This document shows, piece after piece, positions 1-7,723 of a stretch of 40,948 nt of DNA. The stretch comes from a virus (Duplodnaviria; Caudoviricetes), in IMG/VR virus record IMGVR_UViG_3300044836_000085, positions 1-40,948 of that record; one strand, 5' to 3'. Within the stretch, counting starts at the first letter, position 1. The number at the start of each line of letters is the position of its first letter. The position numbers and the translations under genes are program-made. The notes below the pieces were generated by a model that was not told the origin of the DNA, searched no databases, and saw nothing but the letters and a program-made list of their open reading frames with translations.

Positions 1-1137
1 TCAGTCGCCCGTGCCGGTTTTCCTTGTGTCCGCCGAGTGTCCGCGTCTCGAAGAAACGGCCTCGACCGCCTCTCTGAGACGCGGCGCGCGCGGGTGGACG
101 TAGACCTGCGTCGTCGTGATCGAGCTATGGCCCATGAGCTTCCTTATCTCGTAAGCGTCGAACCCGGCCTCGCCCAAGCGTGTGCCGAACGTGTGACGAA
201 GAGAGTGCGGCTTTAGACCTTTCAGCCCCGCTTTGCTGGCGTGACGGCGGAAGAGGTTGCTGACTACGCAGACGAGCGGTGTGCGCCCGTTGTCTGCGTA
301 CCAGAAGAGGCGACCGTCCTTCGCCTTCTGGTACAACTCACGAAAGATACGCAAAGCCTCTGCCGAGACAGGTAGCCCTTCGGTCTGCCGCGCGTCCTGC
401 TTCCACTTCGGGTTTCGGATGAAGACGAGCGAGCGTCTGAAGTCAACGTCCGAGACCTGAAGGTTCAGCAACTCGCCCGCGCGCATCCCCGTGAGCAACG
501 CGAGTCGGGCGAACGGGAGCAGATACCACGCGCCGCGGCTCAGAGCATTCCACAGCGTAGCCTCTTCGTCGCGCTCCAAGACCCGGAAAGGCGCGGCGTC
601 CTCGTCGAAGAACTTGACCTGCCTGACGGGATTCTGCCTCACGAGTCCGCCTTCGACGGCCAACCGGAAGGCCCGCGAGAGGATGGTCAACTCCTTGTTG
701 AGCGACGAGAGCTTGAATGCTCCCCCGCGCTTCGACACCGCGCTTTTGCGTTCGCGCTTGTAACCTTCGACCTGAATCACTGAGACCTCGTCGAGCCTGC
801 GCCCCTTGAAAGACTCGCTCTTACAGAAGAAGCGCACGGCCCGCTCGTCAAGGTAGGGCTTGGCCTTGTTGAGCTCCGCCCACGGCATGTAGGTGTTTTG
901 TAGAAAGTCGGAGAGGTACGGGACTTCCACCCTCTCGCGGCCGTCGAGTATCGAAGCGGCGATGAGACGTTCCGCCTCTATCGCCTCGGTCATGTTCTTA
1001 ACCTTCGGGATGACCTTGCGGATGCGCTCGCCCGTGGGCACGCCGTTCTTGCGCGGGCGGATGTCTGTATAGAAGACGGTCTTGGTGCGCTCTCGCCCCT
1101 GCCCGTCTTTATACTTCGTCTGCCTCTTGTATGGCAT
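1..1137 (-). CDS. int: Tyrosine recombinase / phage integrase
   Basis: Catalytic motifs TGMRAGEL (R), HSLRHTF (HxxR), LMGHSS (H) and TTQVY (Y) are all present. Confidence 0.97.
   Translation of the reverse strand: MPYKRQTKYKDGQGRERTKTVFYTDIRPRKNGVPTGERIRKVIPKVKNMTEAIEAERLIAASILDGRERVEVPYLSDFLQNTYMPWAELNKAKPYLDERAVRFFCKSESFKGRRLDEVSVIQVEGYKRERKSAVSKRGGAFKLSSLNKELTILSRAFRLAVEGGLVRQNPVRQVKFFDEDAAPFRVLERDEEATLWNALSRGAWYLLPFARLALLTGMRAGELLNLQVSDVDFRRSLVFIRNPKWKQDARQTEGLPVSAEALRIFRELYQKAKDGRLFWYADNGRTPLVCVVSNLFRRHASKAGLKGLKPHSLRHTFGTRLGEAGFDAYEIRKLMGHSSITTTQVYVHPRAPRLREAVEAVSSRRGHSADTRKTGTGD
25..42. promoter_or_regulatory. Putative integrase arm-type site pair (left)
   Basis: TGTGTCC-GCCG-AGTGTCC in the 3' end of int. 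The same pattern recurs at 37811-37828. Confidence 0.7.
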
Positions 1138-1167
1138 ACTGTTTTCCCTTTCTGCCGCCGGAAGGCT

Positions 1168-1443
1168 TTAAGGGCGCGGGGATTCTGACAGCACCCGCTC
1201 GGCGTGTCTACGGTAGAAGCGGAGCCGCCCGCCCGGCGTGCGATGGAATGGGATGCGCTTCTCCCTGACCCAATCGTAGACCGTGCGCGGCTTGACGCCC
1301 TTCATCTCTGCCAGCTCCTTGACGGTCAACTCTTCGTCGCCGTCCTTCTTCTCGACTGACTCTGACTCTTCAGTCTGCATCGCGCGCAGCTCTTCGCGTA
1401 TTAACTGCCGCAAGGCTTCTGTGTTGATTAGACTCTCGCTCAT
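1168..1443 (-). CDS. xis: Excisionase-like HTH DNA-binding protein
   Basis: LTVKELAEMKGVKPRTVYDWVREKRIPFHRTPGGRLRF is a typical MerR-like/HTH_17 excisionase sequence, directly upstream of int. Confidence 0.88.
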   Translation of the reverse strand: MSESLINTEALRQLIREELRAMQTEESESVEKKDGDEELTVKELAEMKGVKPRTVYDWVREKRIPFHRTPGGRLRFYRRHAERVLSESPRP

Positions 1444-2096
1444 ACGGCCCGCCTCCGTTTCTCGTCTGCGGAAGCCCGGCGCTCGCGCCTGAGCCGCGCG
1501 ACAATCGTCACTGCCTCATCGGTATGTTTGAAGGGGCAGGCCGCTTCCGTATGTCCGATGGACTGACACTGCTCGCAGAAGAGAGGCGAGGCCGCAGGCC
1601 GCTCACACCTGACCATGCCGCGCACGTAGGGCAACGGCAGCGCGTGCGCAAAGAACTCCAGGCAGCCGACCTCTAAGAGCGCCGCGTGGCGCGCGCAGCA
1701 GTGCGGGTTTGCTTCCTTAGCCTGACACTGCGGAGTCATGCCCGCGTCTATGTGAAAGCCCTCGCGCTCCTTCAGAACGTAGTCGTGCTCTTCCTTCACA
1801 TATTCCGAGATGGTAGGAAGTGACAGCGACCGACGCATCCGACCTACGGCCCGCGGCTCGGCCTTGTCACGCTCCGCCGCCGCGGCGTTGCGGTTGAGCG
1901 CACCCACGGCGTCAACCTCGCGCCCGGAGTCGTATGAGGCGAGCCGCACGGCAGTCTTCGGCTTCGACCATTCGACGTTTCGAAGTCGCGCCTCGATTTT
2001 TTCCCAAATTTCTTTATCACTTGGGATGGTAGCGGGGATACTATCGGGGATGCCTTTCTTAATCTTCTCCCCAGTGTCTTTGTCGCTCTGTCGCAT
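1440..2096 (-). CDS. Hypothetical protein with Cys/His-rich C-terminus (possible C-terminal half of a replication protein)
   Basis: 218-aa ORF with a 4-nt overlap to xis and a CxxC-x4-H-x4-C zinc-knuckle-like motif (CEQCQSIGHTEAAC). Its frame stays open upstream through the 2155-2187 palindrome. Confidence 0.65.
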   Translation of the reverse strand: MRQSDKDTGEKIKKGIPDSIPATIPSDKEIWEKIEARLRNVEWSKPKTAVRLASYDSGREVDAVGALNRNAAAAERDKAEPRAVGRMRRSLSLPTISEYVKEEHDYVLKEREGFHIDAGMTPQCQAKEANPHCCARHAALLEVGCLEFFAHALPLPYVRGMVRCERPAASPLFCEQCQSIGHTEAACPFKHTDEAVTIVARLRRERRASADEKRRRAV

Positions 2097-2154
2097 AATT
2101 GCCTCGCACCGAAACCTTATTTCCCCGTAAACCGTTGAGTCGCACGCTTCTAGG

Positions 2155-2187
2155 GGGGGGTAGTGGACAAAATGTCCACTACCCCCC
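2155..2187. repeat. 15-bp inverted repeat with 3-nt spacer (origin/iteron-like)
   Basis: GGGGGGTAGTGGACA-AAA-TGTCCACTACCCCCC. Confidence 0.9.
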
Positions 2188-2949
2188 TTCCTCGAAAGTT
2201 TGTTCCTCGACGATGGCCTTAAGGTCGGTGAGCAGGGCTTCGAGTTTGGCGACGGCCTCGGGAGGGATTTGGGCGTGTTTGCCGGTGGCGACGTAAATCT
2301 CCAGCGCGCGCCGGCAGAGCGTGCCCGCCGAATTTAGCTTGCGCGTGATGAGACTCTGCGCGTCGTTCTGGGGTCTTCGAGTCCGCCGCTCGTTGGTCGT
2401 CTCGCTCGGAAGGAAGTCTGAGTCTCTGACGTTCTCCGCCGACGCTTCGAGCGCGAGCATGATGTCTCTCTGCCAATCGGGACTCTTCTCAGCTTCGAGT
2501 AGAATCTCAGCGACCTGCCGGGAGAAGTTGACGCGGTACTCGTGCGGCTGCGGGGTCTCTCCCACCTGGTACTTGTGACTCTTGATGTCTATCAGGGCGA
2601 TCCTTTTACCCTTCATCCACTCCGCCAGCTTGGGACGCCAGTGCTGCACCCACTTCGCGGAGCGCCCTGCGTGGCGAGCTATCTGCTCGTCGTTGGCCTT
2701 GAACCATTCGCCGTGGCGGTCGCCGCACTCGCCGACAATCGCGTCGAGGATAGGCCGGAGGTAAGGCGGAAAGTCATAGCAGACGAGACCGAAGTTCGCC
2801 GCGGCCGTCGAGAGGCCGTAGGTGGTCGCCATCTGCTCGACCGTCTCTGGGTCGACGGCTACGGCCTCGCGCTTCTTCTGCGCGCGGAGTGTGCGCCGGA
2901 AGCCGACCTCGTCAACGTCGTACTCCGAATCGACGTTAGGTATGGTCAC
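2179..2949 (-). CDS. Hypothetical protein, possible HTH replication initiator
   Basis: Likely GTG start at 2949 overlapping the primase stop (GTGA). An HTH-like segment ANDEQIARHAGRSAKWVQHWR is present, and the gene lies in the replication module. Confidence 0.65.
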   Translation of the reverse strand: MTIPNVDSEYDVDEVGFRRTLRAQKKREAVAVDPETVEQMATTYGLSTAAANFGLVCYDFPPYLRPILDAIVGECGDRHGEWFKANDEQIARHAGRSAKWVQHWRPKLAEWMKGKRIALIDIKSHKYQVGETPQPHEYRVNFSRQVAEILLEAEKSPDWQRDIMLALEASAENVRDSDFLPSETTNERRTRRPQNDAQSLITRKLNSAGTLCRRALEIYVATGKHAQIPPEAVAKLEALLTDLKAIVEEQTFEEGG

Positions 2950-3989
2950 GCCGGCACCTCCTCGCGCATGACGGTCGCGGCCAGATAATCGTCGTAGCCC
3001 TTGAACTCGGGCGGCCACGTCCGCACCTTCCAACGGAGTCCGGCTTTCGTGAGCGTGCGTTGTAGGCGCAGGAGCGCGCGGCGCACTTCCTTCTTGCTCT
3101 GCCAATCGGTGTCATAACAAATGACGGCGCGGCGCAGGTCGGGGAGTTCCCTCTTCAGGTACTCGCCGAAGTCGTCGGTGAAAGTCGAGACGCCCGCGAC
3201 GCCGACCACAGGAGTGTTGAGGAAAAAGCTGACGACGTTTGCCTTCATCGCGCCTTCTGTGATGACCACCTCGTTCGTGACAGCCACGCGTTGAGGCCGC
3301 GCGAAGTGGGCGGGCGCTCCGCTGGATGCGCCGTCGGTGAATTTGTCAGGAGGGCTCGAAAGCCAGATGTAACGCGGCTCGCCCTCGTCGCGCCTGAGCT
3401 GCAAGCCGCGTATGCGGTGACGGGCATCACGAACAGCGATGAGGATGCCGCTGCCGAGGTCGCGCAGCCGCCACGAACGCCCCTCGCGGTAGAAGCCCGG
3501 CACGCCGCGCAGGTCATATTTCGAGAGTGCGTCGGCAATCGAATCGCACTCCGAACGGGACGGGGTGCTCTTGAGGTTGAGCCGGTTAATCTCTGTGTCG
3601 TCGAAGCCGCGCAGTGCGAGCTTCATCCTGTGCCCGTCTCTCAAGCAGAGGTGTCCTACCAGCAGCGTGGCGTAAACCCCATCTATGTGGTCTGGGTCTG
3701 CGCGATAGTGTTCGGGCTGCGGAGTCGGCCGAGGTCGTTGCGCGGGCCGACAGTCCACCGCGGGCTGGCGCGGGTTGAGTACGAACGTCGCGCCGCCGTT
3801 TTTGCCGGGCTTACCGACGAGCCCGGTCTGATTCTCAGAGGGGCGGCGGCAGTAGATGAGATTTACCTCGCCCGACTCGTCACGCGAGCCCGAGCAGTTG
3901 TCCTTGTGGCCGCATACTGGACACCGTTTGACCTTGAGCTTGTAGAGCGGTTGCCAGTCGAGCGGGTTGTGCTGAAGAAGGTTTTTCAT
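2946..3989 (-). CDS. Zn-finger + Toprim primase-like protein (DUF3854-like)
   Basis: N-terminal CPVCGHKDNC; Toprim motifs VITEGAMKA, ICYDTD and KGYDDYL. Confidence 0.85.
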   Translation of the reverse strand: MKNLLQHNPLDWQPLYKLKVKRCPVCGHKDNCSGSRDESGEVNLIYCRRPSENQTGLVGKPGKNGGATFVLNPRQPAVDCRPAQRPRPTPQPEHYRADPDHIDGVYATLLVGHLCLRDGHRMKLALRGFDDTEINRLNLKSTPSRSECDSIADALSKYDLRGVPGFYREGRSWRLRDLGSGILIAVRDARHRIRGLQLRRDEGEPRYIWLSSPPDKFTDGASSGAPAHFARPQRVAVTNEVVITEGAMKANVVSFFLNTPVVGVAGVSTFTDDFGEYLKRELPDLRRAVICYDTDWQSKKEVRRALLRLQRTLTKAGLRWKVRTWPPEFKGYDDYLAATVMREEVPA

Positions 3990-4029
3990 GCAGATTGAAG
4001 TTGCTGACTAGTCAGCAACTTCAATCTGC
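3990..4029. repeat. Perfect 40-bp palindrome with no spacer
   Basis: GCAGATTGAAGTTGCTGACT|AGTCAGCAACTTCAATCTGC, immediately 5' of the primase ATG. Confidence 0.95.
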
Positions 4030-4087
4030 GGTCTAGGCTTGGAGTCGGTCAACGGCTCTTTTGTGAAGATACAGAAATAGCCGCTGC

Positions 4088-4123
4088 CAAGATATTTTCA
4101 AAAGAAAATTTGAAAATATCTTG
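4088..4123. repeat. AT-rich 15-bp inverted repeat with 6-nt spacer (operator/recombinase-site-like)
   Basis: CAAGATATTTTCAAA-AGAAAA-TTTGAAAATATCTTG. Confidence 0.9.
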
Positions 4124-4126
4124 TAC

Positions 4127-5212
4127 TCACTCGCGGCTCGCGCACACTCTCTTTCCTTCGTAATACTTCTTTCGTAAGGTGTTGTACGAGTAATTTGGAT
4201 AGCCTAACTTGTGACAGGCATGGCGGAACTCGAAAGCCTGCGGGCTATTAGCGGGCGGTAGAGCGTCCCAAGTTTCGCCATGCTGACGCCAAATGTTAGC
4301 GGCCTCTCTCAGTAGCCCTTCTGGTACGTCTGCAAAAATGGGACGCGACGTAAGAAACTGGATTGTATCGTGGTCGTAATCATTGTCCCTTAATAAATCC
4401 CGCGCGTATTCCCACATCGGCAGTTTGTCTGCTCCGTGACGCGGCAGGGCTTCCACCGTACGATAGAATTCCGCAGCCTTCGCGGTGTTCCAAGTAAATC
4501 TTGACTTTCGAGCCCGTGCACCGCCTTGAGTCACGCCTAGATAGTCTTTTTTTATCATCTGCCAGTGTGGTTCAAACATCTTCTCTATTTCAGAGAGAGT
4601 GGTACTTTTCTCACGCTCGCCCGAAGAATTTCCAATGCCAAGCCGGATAATTGTTATTGCAGTATCTATGAATAAGCTAGTAATTTCTGGGAGACGCACA
4701 GACAGTTCATGAGAAACGCGCAACGTCTCTGCCTTGAGGTATTCCATTAGCACGGGTTCACCGGCCTTGATTAACTCTTCTTCTGGTAGCTCCTCGCCGC
4801 GCTCGGCGTAGTAATACGCACGCGCTTGATTTACTGTAGGAGGGAGGTACTGCTGGTAGAGCGCTTTAGGAAAAGCCTCATCAAGGTTTTCAGGGTAAAA
4901 GAGGAGTTCAAAGATTACTTGACCTTTAAGTAATACGATGACATTTTTCTCATCATAGAGAGCGCTAAAGCCGTCCCTACTCTCCGATTCTTTCAGGGCT
5001 TCGACATACCGTGCCTGAATCTCATCAGGAGGGCTATAGACCTCGGCTTCATCAATCCCGCTATCAGGTAGTTCGGCTAGATGGTAGAACAGTTGGAGGC
5101 GGTCTTGTGGTGAGAGATGCTCGGCAAGTTCTTTAACATGCTCCAAGCTATTTAGAGCTAACGCTATTTCTCGCCTTCTGTTTGCTAGCTTCCGTATTAC
5201 CTCTTCGTCCAT
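4127..5212 (-). CDS. Hypothetical protein (AT-richer than flanks; possible C-terminal HTH)
   Basis: 361-aa ORF with a GG-containing RBS upstream. No family was recognised. The C-terminus YSYNTLRKKYY resembles a recognition helix. Confidence 0.75.
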   Translation of the reverse strand: MDEEVIRKLANRRREIALALNSLEHVKELAEHLSPQDRLQLFYHLAELPDSGIDEAEVYSPPDEIQARYVEALKESESRDGFSALYDEKNVIVLLKGQVIFELLFYPENLDEAFPKALYQQYLPPTVNQARAYYYAERGEELPEEELIKAGEPVLMEYLKAETLRVSHELSVRLPEITSLFIDTAITIIRLGIGNSSGEREKSTTLSEIEKMFEPHWQMIKKDYLGVTQGGARARKSRFTWNTAKAAEFYRTVEALPRHGADKLPMWEYARDLLRDNDYDHDTIQFLTSRPIFADVPEGLLREAANIWRQHGETWDALPPANSPQAFEFRHACHKLGYPNYSYNTLRKKYYEGKRVCASRE

Positions 5213-5232
5213 GCATCTTTAACCCTTTTTCG

Positions 5233-5457
5233 TCAGGGCATCTCGAACTCCGCACGCCCCACCCCAGACTGCCTGATGATTGAGTGGAGCGTGCCCGTCC
5301 GCAGCTCCGTGTGTAAAGGCACCGGGACGGTCACAGTACCCGCGTCCGTCCTCTTCTGCATCACGACGTGGCTACCACGCTGACGCGCCTCGAAGAAGCC
5401 GTGCCGGGCGAGGATGGCGCAGACCTCACGCCCCGAGAGCCTACGCAACCTCCCCAA
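5233..5457 (-). CDS. hicA: HicA family mRNA interferase toxin
   Basis: LSGREVCAILARHGFFEARQRGSHVVM...VTVPVPLHTELRTGTLHSIIRQSG matches the HicA consensus, including GSH. Confidence 0.95.
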   Translation of the reverse strand: MGRLRRLSGREVCAILARHGFFEARQRGSHVVMQKRTDAGTVTVPVPLHTELRTGTLHSIIRQSGVGRAEFEMP

Positions 5458-5671
5458 CGTTGACCTCCATCGACGTGACGTACATCTCGGGCTTCAGCCG
5501 CTCCGCCACCTCGGAGGCGTCGGCCGCCTCGAAGAAGAGGTCTACCGCCTCCTGAAGATTCGCCCGCGCCTCCTCTACCGTGTCGCCCTGAGAAGCGATG
5601 TCTAGTTCGGGGCAGAGGGAGACGTAGCCGTCGTCCTCGCGCCAGATAGTCACGGTTAAAGTTTTTGTCAT
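5441..5671 (-). CDS. hicB: HicB family antitoxin (short, no DNA-binding domain)
   Basis: EDDGYVSLCPELDIASQGDTVEEARANLQEAVDLFFE matches the HicB N-domain and overlaps hicA. Confidence 0.95.
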   Translation of the reverse strand: MTKTLTVTIWREDDGYVSLCPELDIASQGDTVEEARANLQEAVDLFFEAADASEVAERLKPEMYVTSMEVNVGEVA

Positions 5672-5940
5672 GCCCTCCCGCCTTTCTCCTCTTTAGGGAA
5701 CGCCTCGGCCCACGCCCTCTCGAAGTCCTCGTCCGTGCCGATGTGGTACTGCTTAAACCCGGCCCGTGCGTAAATCTTGATCCGTTCCATCGCGGGCATG
5801 TCTTCAGGTAGAGGGCTCCTCGGCGGAGTTATACCGAGGAGTCTATCAACCACGTCGGCCGCATCTCTCTCCCGCCTAGAATCTTGATCGAAGTGGTTGA
5901 GTATGTCCCAAGACACTGTGGGAGACTTCTTCTTACTCAC
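5668..5940 (-). CDS. Hypothetical protein
   Basis: 90-aa ORF with 4-nt overlaps to both neighbours, indicating translational coupling. Confidence 0.7.
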   Translation of the reverse strand: MSKKKSPTVSWDILNHFDQDSRRERDAADVVDRLLGITPPRSPLPEDMPAMERIKIYARAGFKQYHIGTDEDFERAWAEAFPKEEKGGRA

Positions 5941-6140
5941 TTAGTATTACCTTTCTTCGCCTTGCGTTCTGCGCGAGGCGTATACGCCTTGACACTTTTA
6001 CGGCTCACTACTCGTTTACCTAATCTAATTTCAGACTCTAATACACCGCGCCGCACTAACTGATTAACGGCGGGTAACTGCATCCCTAAGAGTTCCGCCG
6101 CATCGCTTTGCGTTATCCAATCCTCTTCTTTTTTTGCCAT
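5937..6140 (-). CDS. Small HTH DNA-binding protein (candidate repressor/Cro-like)
   Basis: WITQSDAAELLGMQLPAVNQLVRRGVL HTH. ATG at 6140 is preferred, and it is the first gene of the leftward operon at the divergent switch. Confidence 0.8.
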   Translation of the reverse strand: MAKKEEDWITQSDAAELLGMQLPAVNQLVRRGVLESEIRLGKRVVSRKSVKAYTPRAERKAKKGNTK

Positions 6141-6145
6141 ACCGT

Positions 6146-6215
6146 TTGTTGAGTCACTTGACAAACTTTTAAGTCAGGAATATCTTATTCTCGATTGTTG
6201 AGTAAGTCAACAATC
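6146..6215. promoter_or_regulatory. Overlapping divergent sigma70 promoters with two operator-like sites
   Basis: Plus strand: TTGACA(6158-63)-17-TATCTT(6181-86). Minus strand: TTGACT(6210-05)-17-TAAGAT(6187-82). Operators: TTGTTGAGTCACTTGACAA (6146-64) and GATTGTTGA-GTAAG-TCAACAATC (6193-6215), each covering a -35 box. Confidence 0.75.
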
Positions 6216-6257
6216 ATGCAGTAGGGAACCCAACCTTAGAAGGGAAAAACATCACGC

Positions 6258-6346
6258 AAAGAAAATGCCCGGCAGGATGTTACGAGCATCCTGCCGGGCG
6301 GGGCCACTAACTCTAAACCTGTCGAAAGGACTAAAGGCAATGACCG
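6258..6346 (-). ncRNA. Putative cis-antisense sRNA over the RBS/start of the 6340 gene
   Basis: Minus-strand TTGAAC-18-TATGCT promoter at 6382-6353, then a 13-bp hairpin (6267-6299) followed by ATTTTCTTT as terminator. Confidence 0.55.
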
Positions 6347-7188
6347 TCAAAAAGCATACGCCCTCCGGGGCGCAAAGTTCAACGTCCGCCCGCAACCAGA
6401 ACCATCCCGCCAAATCTGACCGGCAGAAGGGCAAGGCCAAGGCGAGGGCGAACATTGAAAGAGCGATCAGGGCACAGGTTGACGCGGATGGAAAAGCCGC
6501 GCAGCCGCACGCCATGAAGGCTTACCTCGAAACCTACGACCTTTATCTCAAAAACCCCGAAGCCGCGAAGGTTGCGGAGCGCTGCGTCGAGATATGGAAC
6601 GCGCAGAGGGCGCGCGACAAGGAGCAGGGCACGGACGGCTGTTATCACTTCATGGCGTGCGGCGTTGACCCGATACTCGATTGCTCAAGTGACGGCCTCA
6701 TGGTCGGCTCGCCCGACGACGCGCTTTTCACTTACCTCTTCATGCGGGCGGCGGCAGAGTACAAGGACGAGCCGACCCCGAATCAGTACACGGACTTGCT
6801 CGACCTCATCAAGAGCGTTGACGAGGGCGCAGACCTCGCCGAACTTCACAGGAAGGAATACCCGCACGAAGACACACCGAGACTTGACACAGACACCGAA
6901 CTCTCGCGCGCAGTCCTCGCGGTCGCGTACCCGACCGAGAAGGTCAGGAGGAAGGCAGCAAACGGGGTGTGCGCGAAGGACGGTCTGCTTTACACAATCT
7001 CCGAAGTGGCGAGCGAACTAAACCTCTCACTCATTCACCCCGACATACTGCCCGCCGCGTTGCCCGTCATCGTTCGCGAGGCGCGCAAGCTCGCAAAGAA
7101 ACCGCGCAGCAAAGTGAAGTTCCCCGGCGTCCAGCAGATCGCGCGCGAGGGCTTGCAGGCGATGGAGAAGGCTGTGGGCGACGAATAA
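6340..7188 (+). CDS. Hypothetical early protein
   Basis: ATG at 6340 after AAAGGA/AAAGG; 282 aa; no family recognised. Confidence 0.8.
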   Translation: MTVKKHTPSGAQSSTSARNQNHPAKSDRQKGKAKARANIERAIRAQVDADGKAAQPHAMKAYLETYDLYLKNPEAAKVAERCVEIWNAQRARDKEQGTDGCYHFMACGVDPILDCSSDGLMVGSPDDALFTYLFMRAAAEYKDEPTPNQYTDLLDLIKSVDEGADLAELHRKEYPHEDTPRLDTDTELSRAVLAVAYPTEKVRRKAANGVCAKDGLLYTISEVASELNLSLIHPDILPAALPVIVREARKLAKKPRSKVKFPGVQQIAREGLQAMEKAVGDE

Positions 7189-7194
7189 GGCGAG

Positions 7195-7283
7195 ACGTTC
7201 AAAGGGTCGGGCATGTGCTAACGACACGCGCCCGACCCACGGCCACATTTCAGAAACATTGGAGGCTTCCAAGACCATGACCG
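7195..7283 (-). ncRNA. Putative cis-antisense sRNA over the RBS/start of the 7277 gene
   Basis: Minus-strand TTTCAG-17-TAGTAT at 7318-7290, then hairpin 7204-7238 followed by TTTG. The architecture matches 6258-6346. Confidence 0.5.
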
Positions 7284-7723
7284 CGAAAAATACTAACCGC
7301 AAACGCTCGCACCTGAAAGTCGTGCCGACTAAAGCGACTCACGAACGCGAGGGCACGTTTAAAGCCCACATCCCCGAAGGCGTGCCCGCCGACACGAAAA
7401 CTCTCTGCGCGATTGACGTGATGGACGAATACGAAAGCCTCGGCATCCGCGAGCGCGATGTACTCGTGGCGTGGGGAGATGCGCCGCTCGGGAATTACGA
7501 CCCCGTCGTAGTCGATGCGTGCGGCGAGACTTACATCGGGCGCTACCACCCCGCGCCGGGCGGCTACGTTAGGCTCGAAGAGGGCGACGGGGGCGAAGAG
7601 TACGAAGGGGGCTATCACATATTCAAGCCTTCGGAGATTCAGGGCGTAGCGCGGGTGATGCACATAGAGAGGCGGGGGAAGGTTGTCAAGAAGTTCCCGC
7701 TGACGAAAGGGGGTGCGCGATGA
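7277..7723 (+). CDS. Hypothetical protein resembling a degenerate LexA/CI C-terminal (S24) domain without HTH
   Basis: GGAGG RBS. ESLGIRERDVLV, GETYIGRY, YVRLE and EIQGVARV parallel S24 motifs, but the catalytic Ser and Lys are not evident. Confidence 0.6.
   Translation: MTAKNTNRKRSHLKVVPTKATHEREGTFKAHIPEGVPADTKTLCAIDVMDEYESLGIRERDVLVAWGDAPLGNYDPVVVDACGETYIGRYHPAPGGYVRLEEGDGGEEYEGGYHIFKPSEIQGVARVMHIERRGKVVKKFPLTKGGAR

Noticed and set aside
3291-3998. 235-aa plus-strand ORF
   Set aside because: It lies entirely antisense to the primase-like gene and shows no motif support.
3990-5212. Protelomerase/linear-plasmid prophage interpretation of the palindrome plus neighbouring gene
   Set aside because: No tyrosine-recombinase-like catalytic motifs were recognised in 4127-5212, and the element has a normal integrase and host flank. 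It is kept only as a remote alternative.
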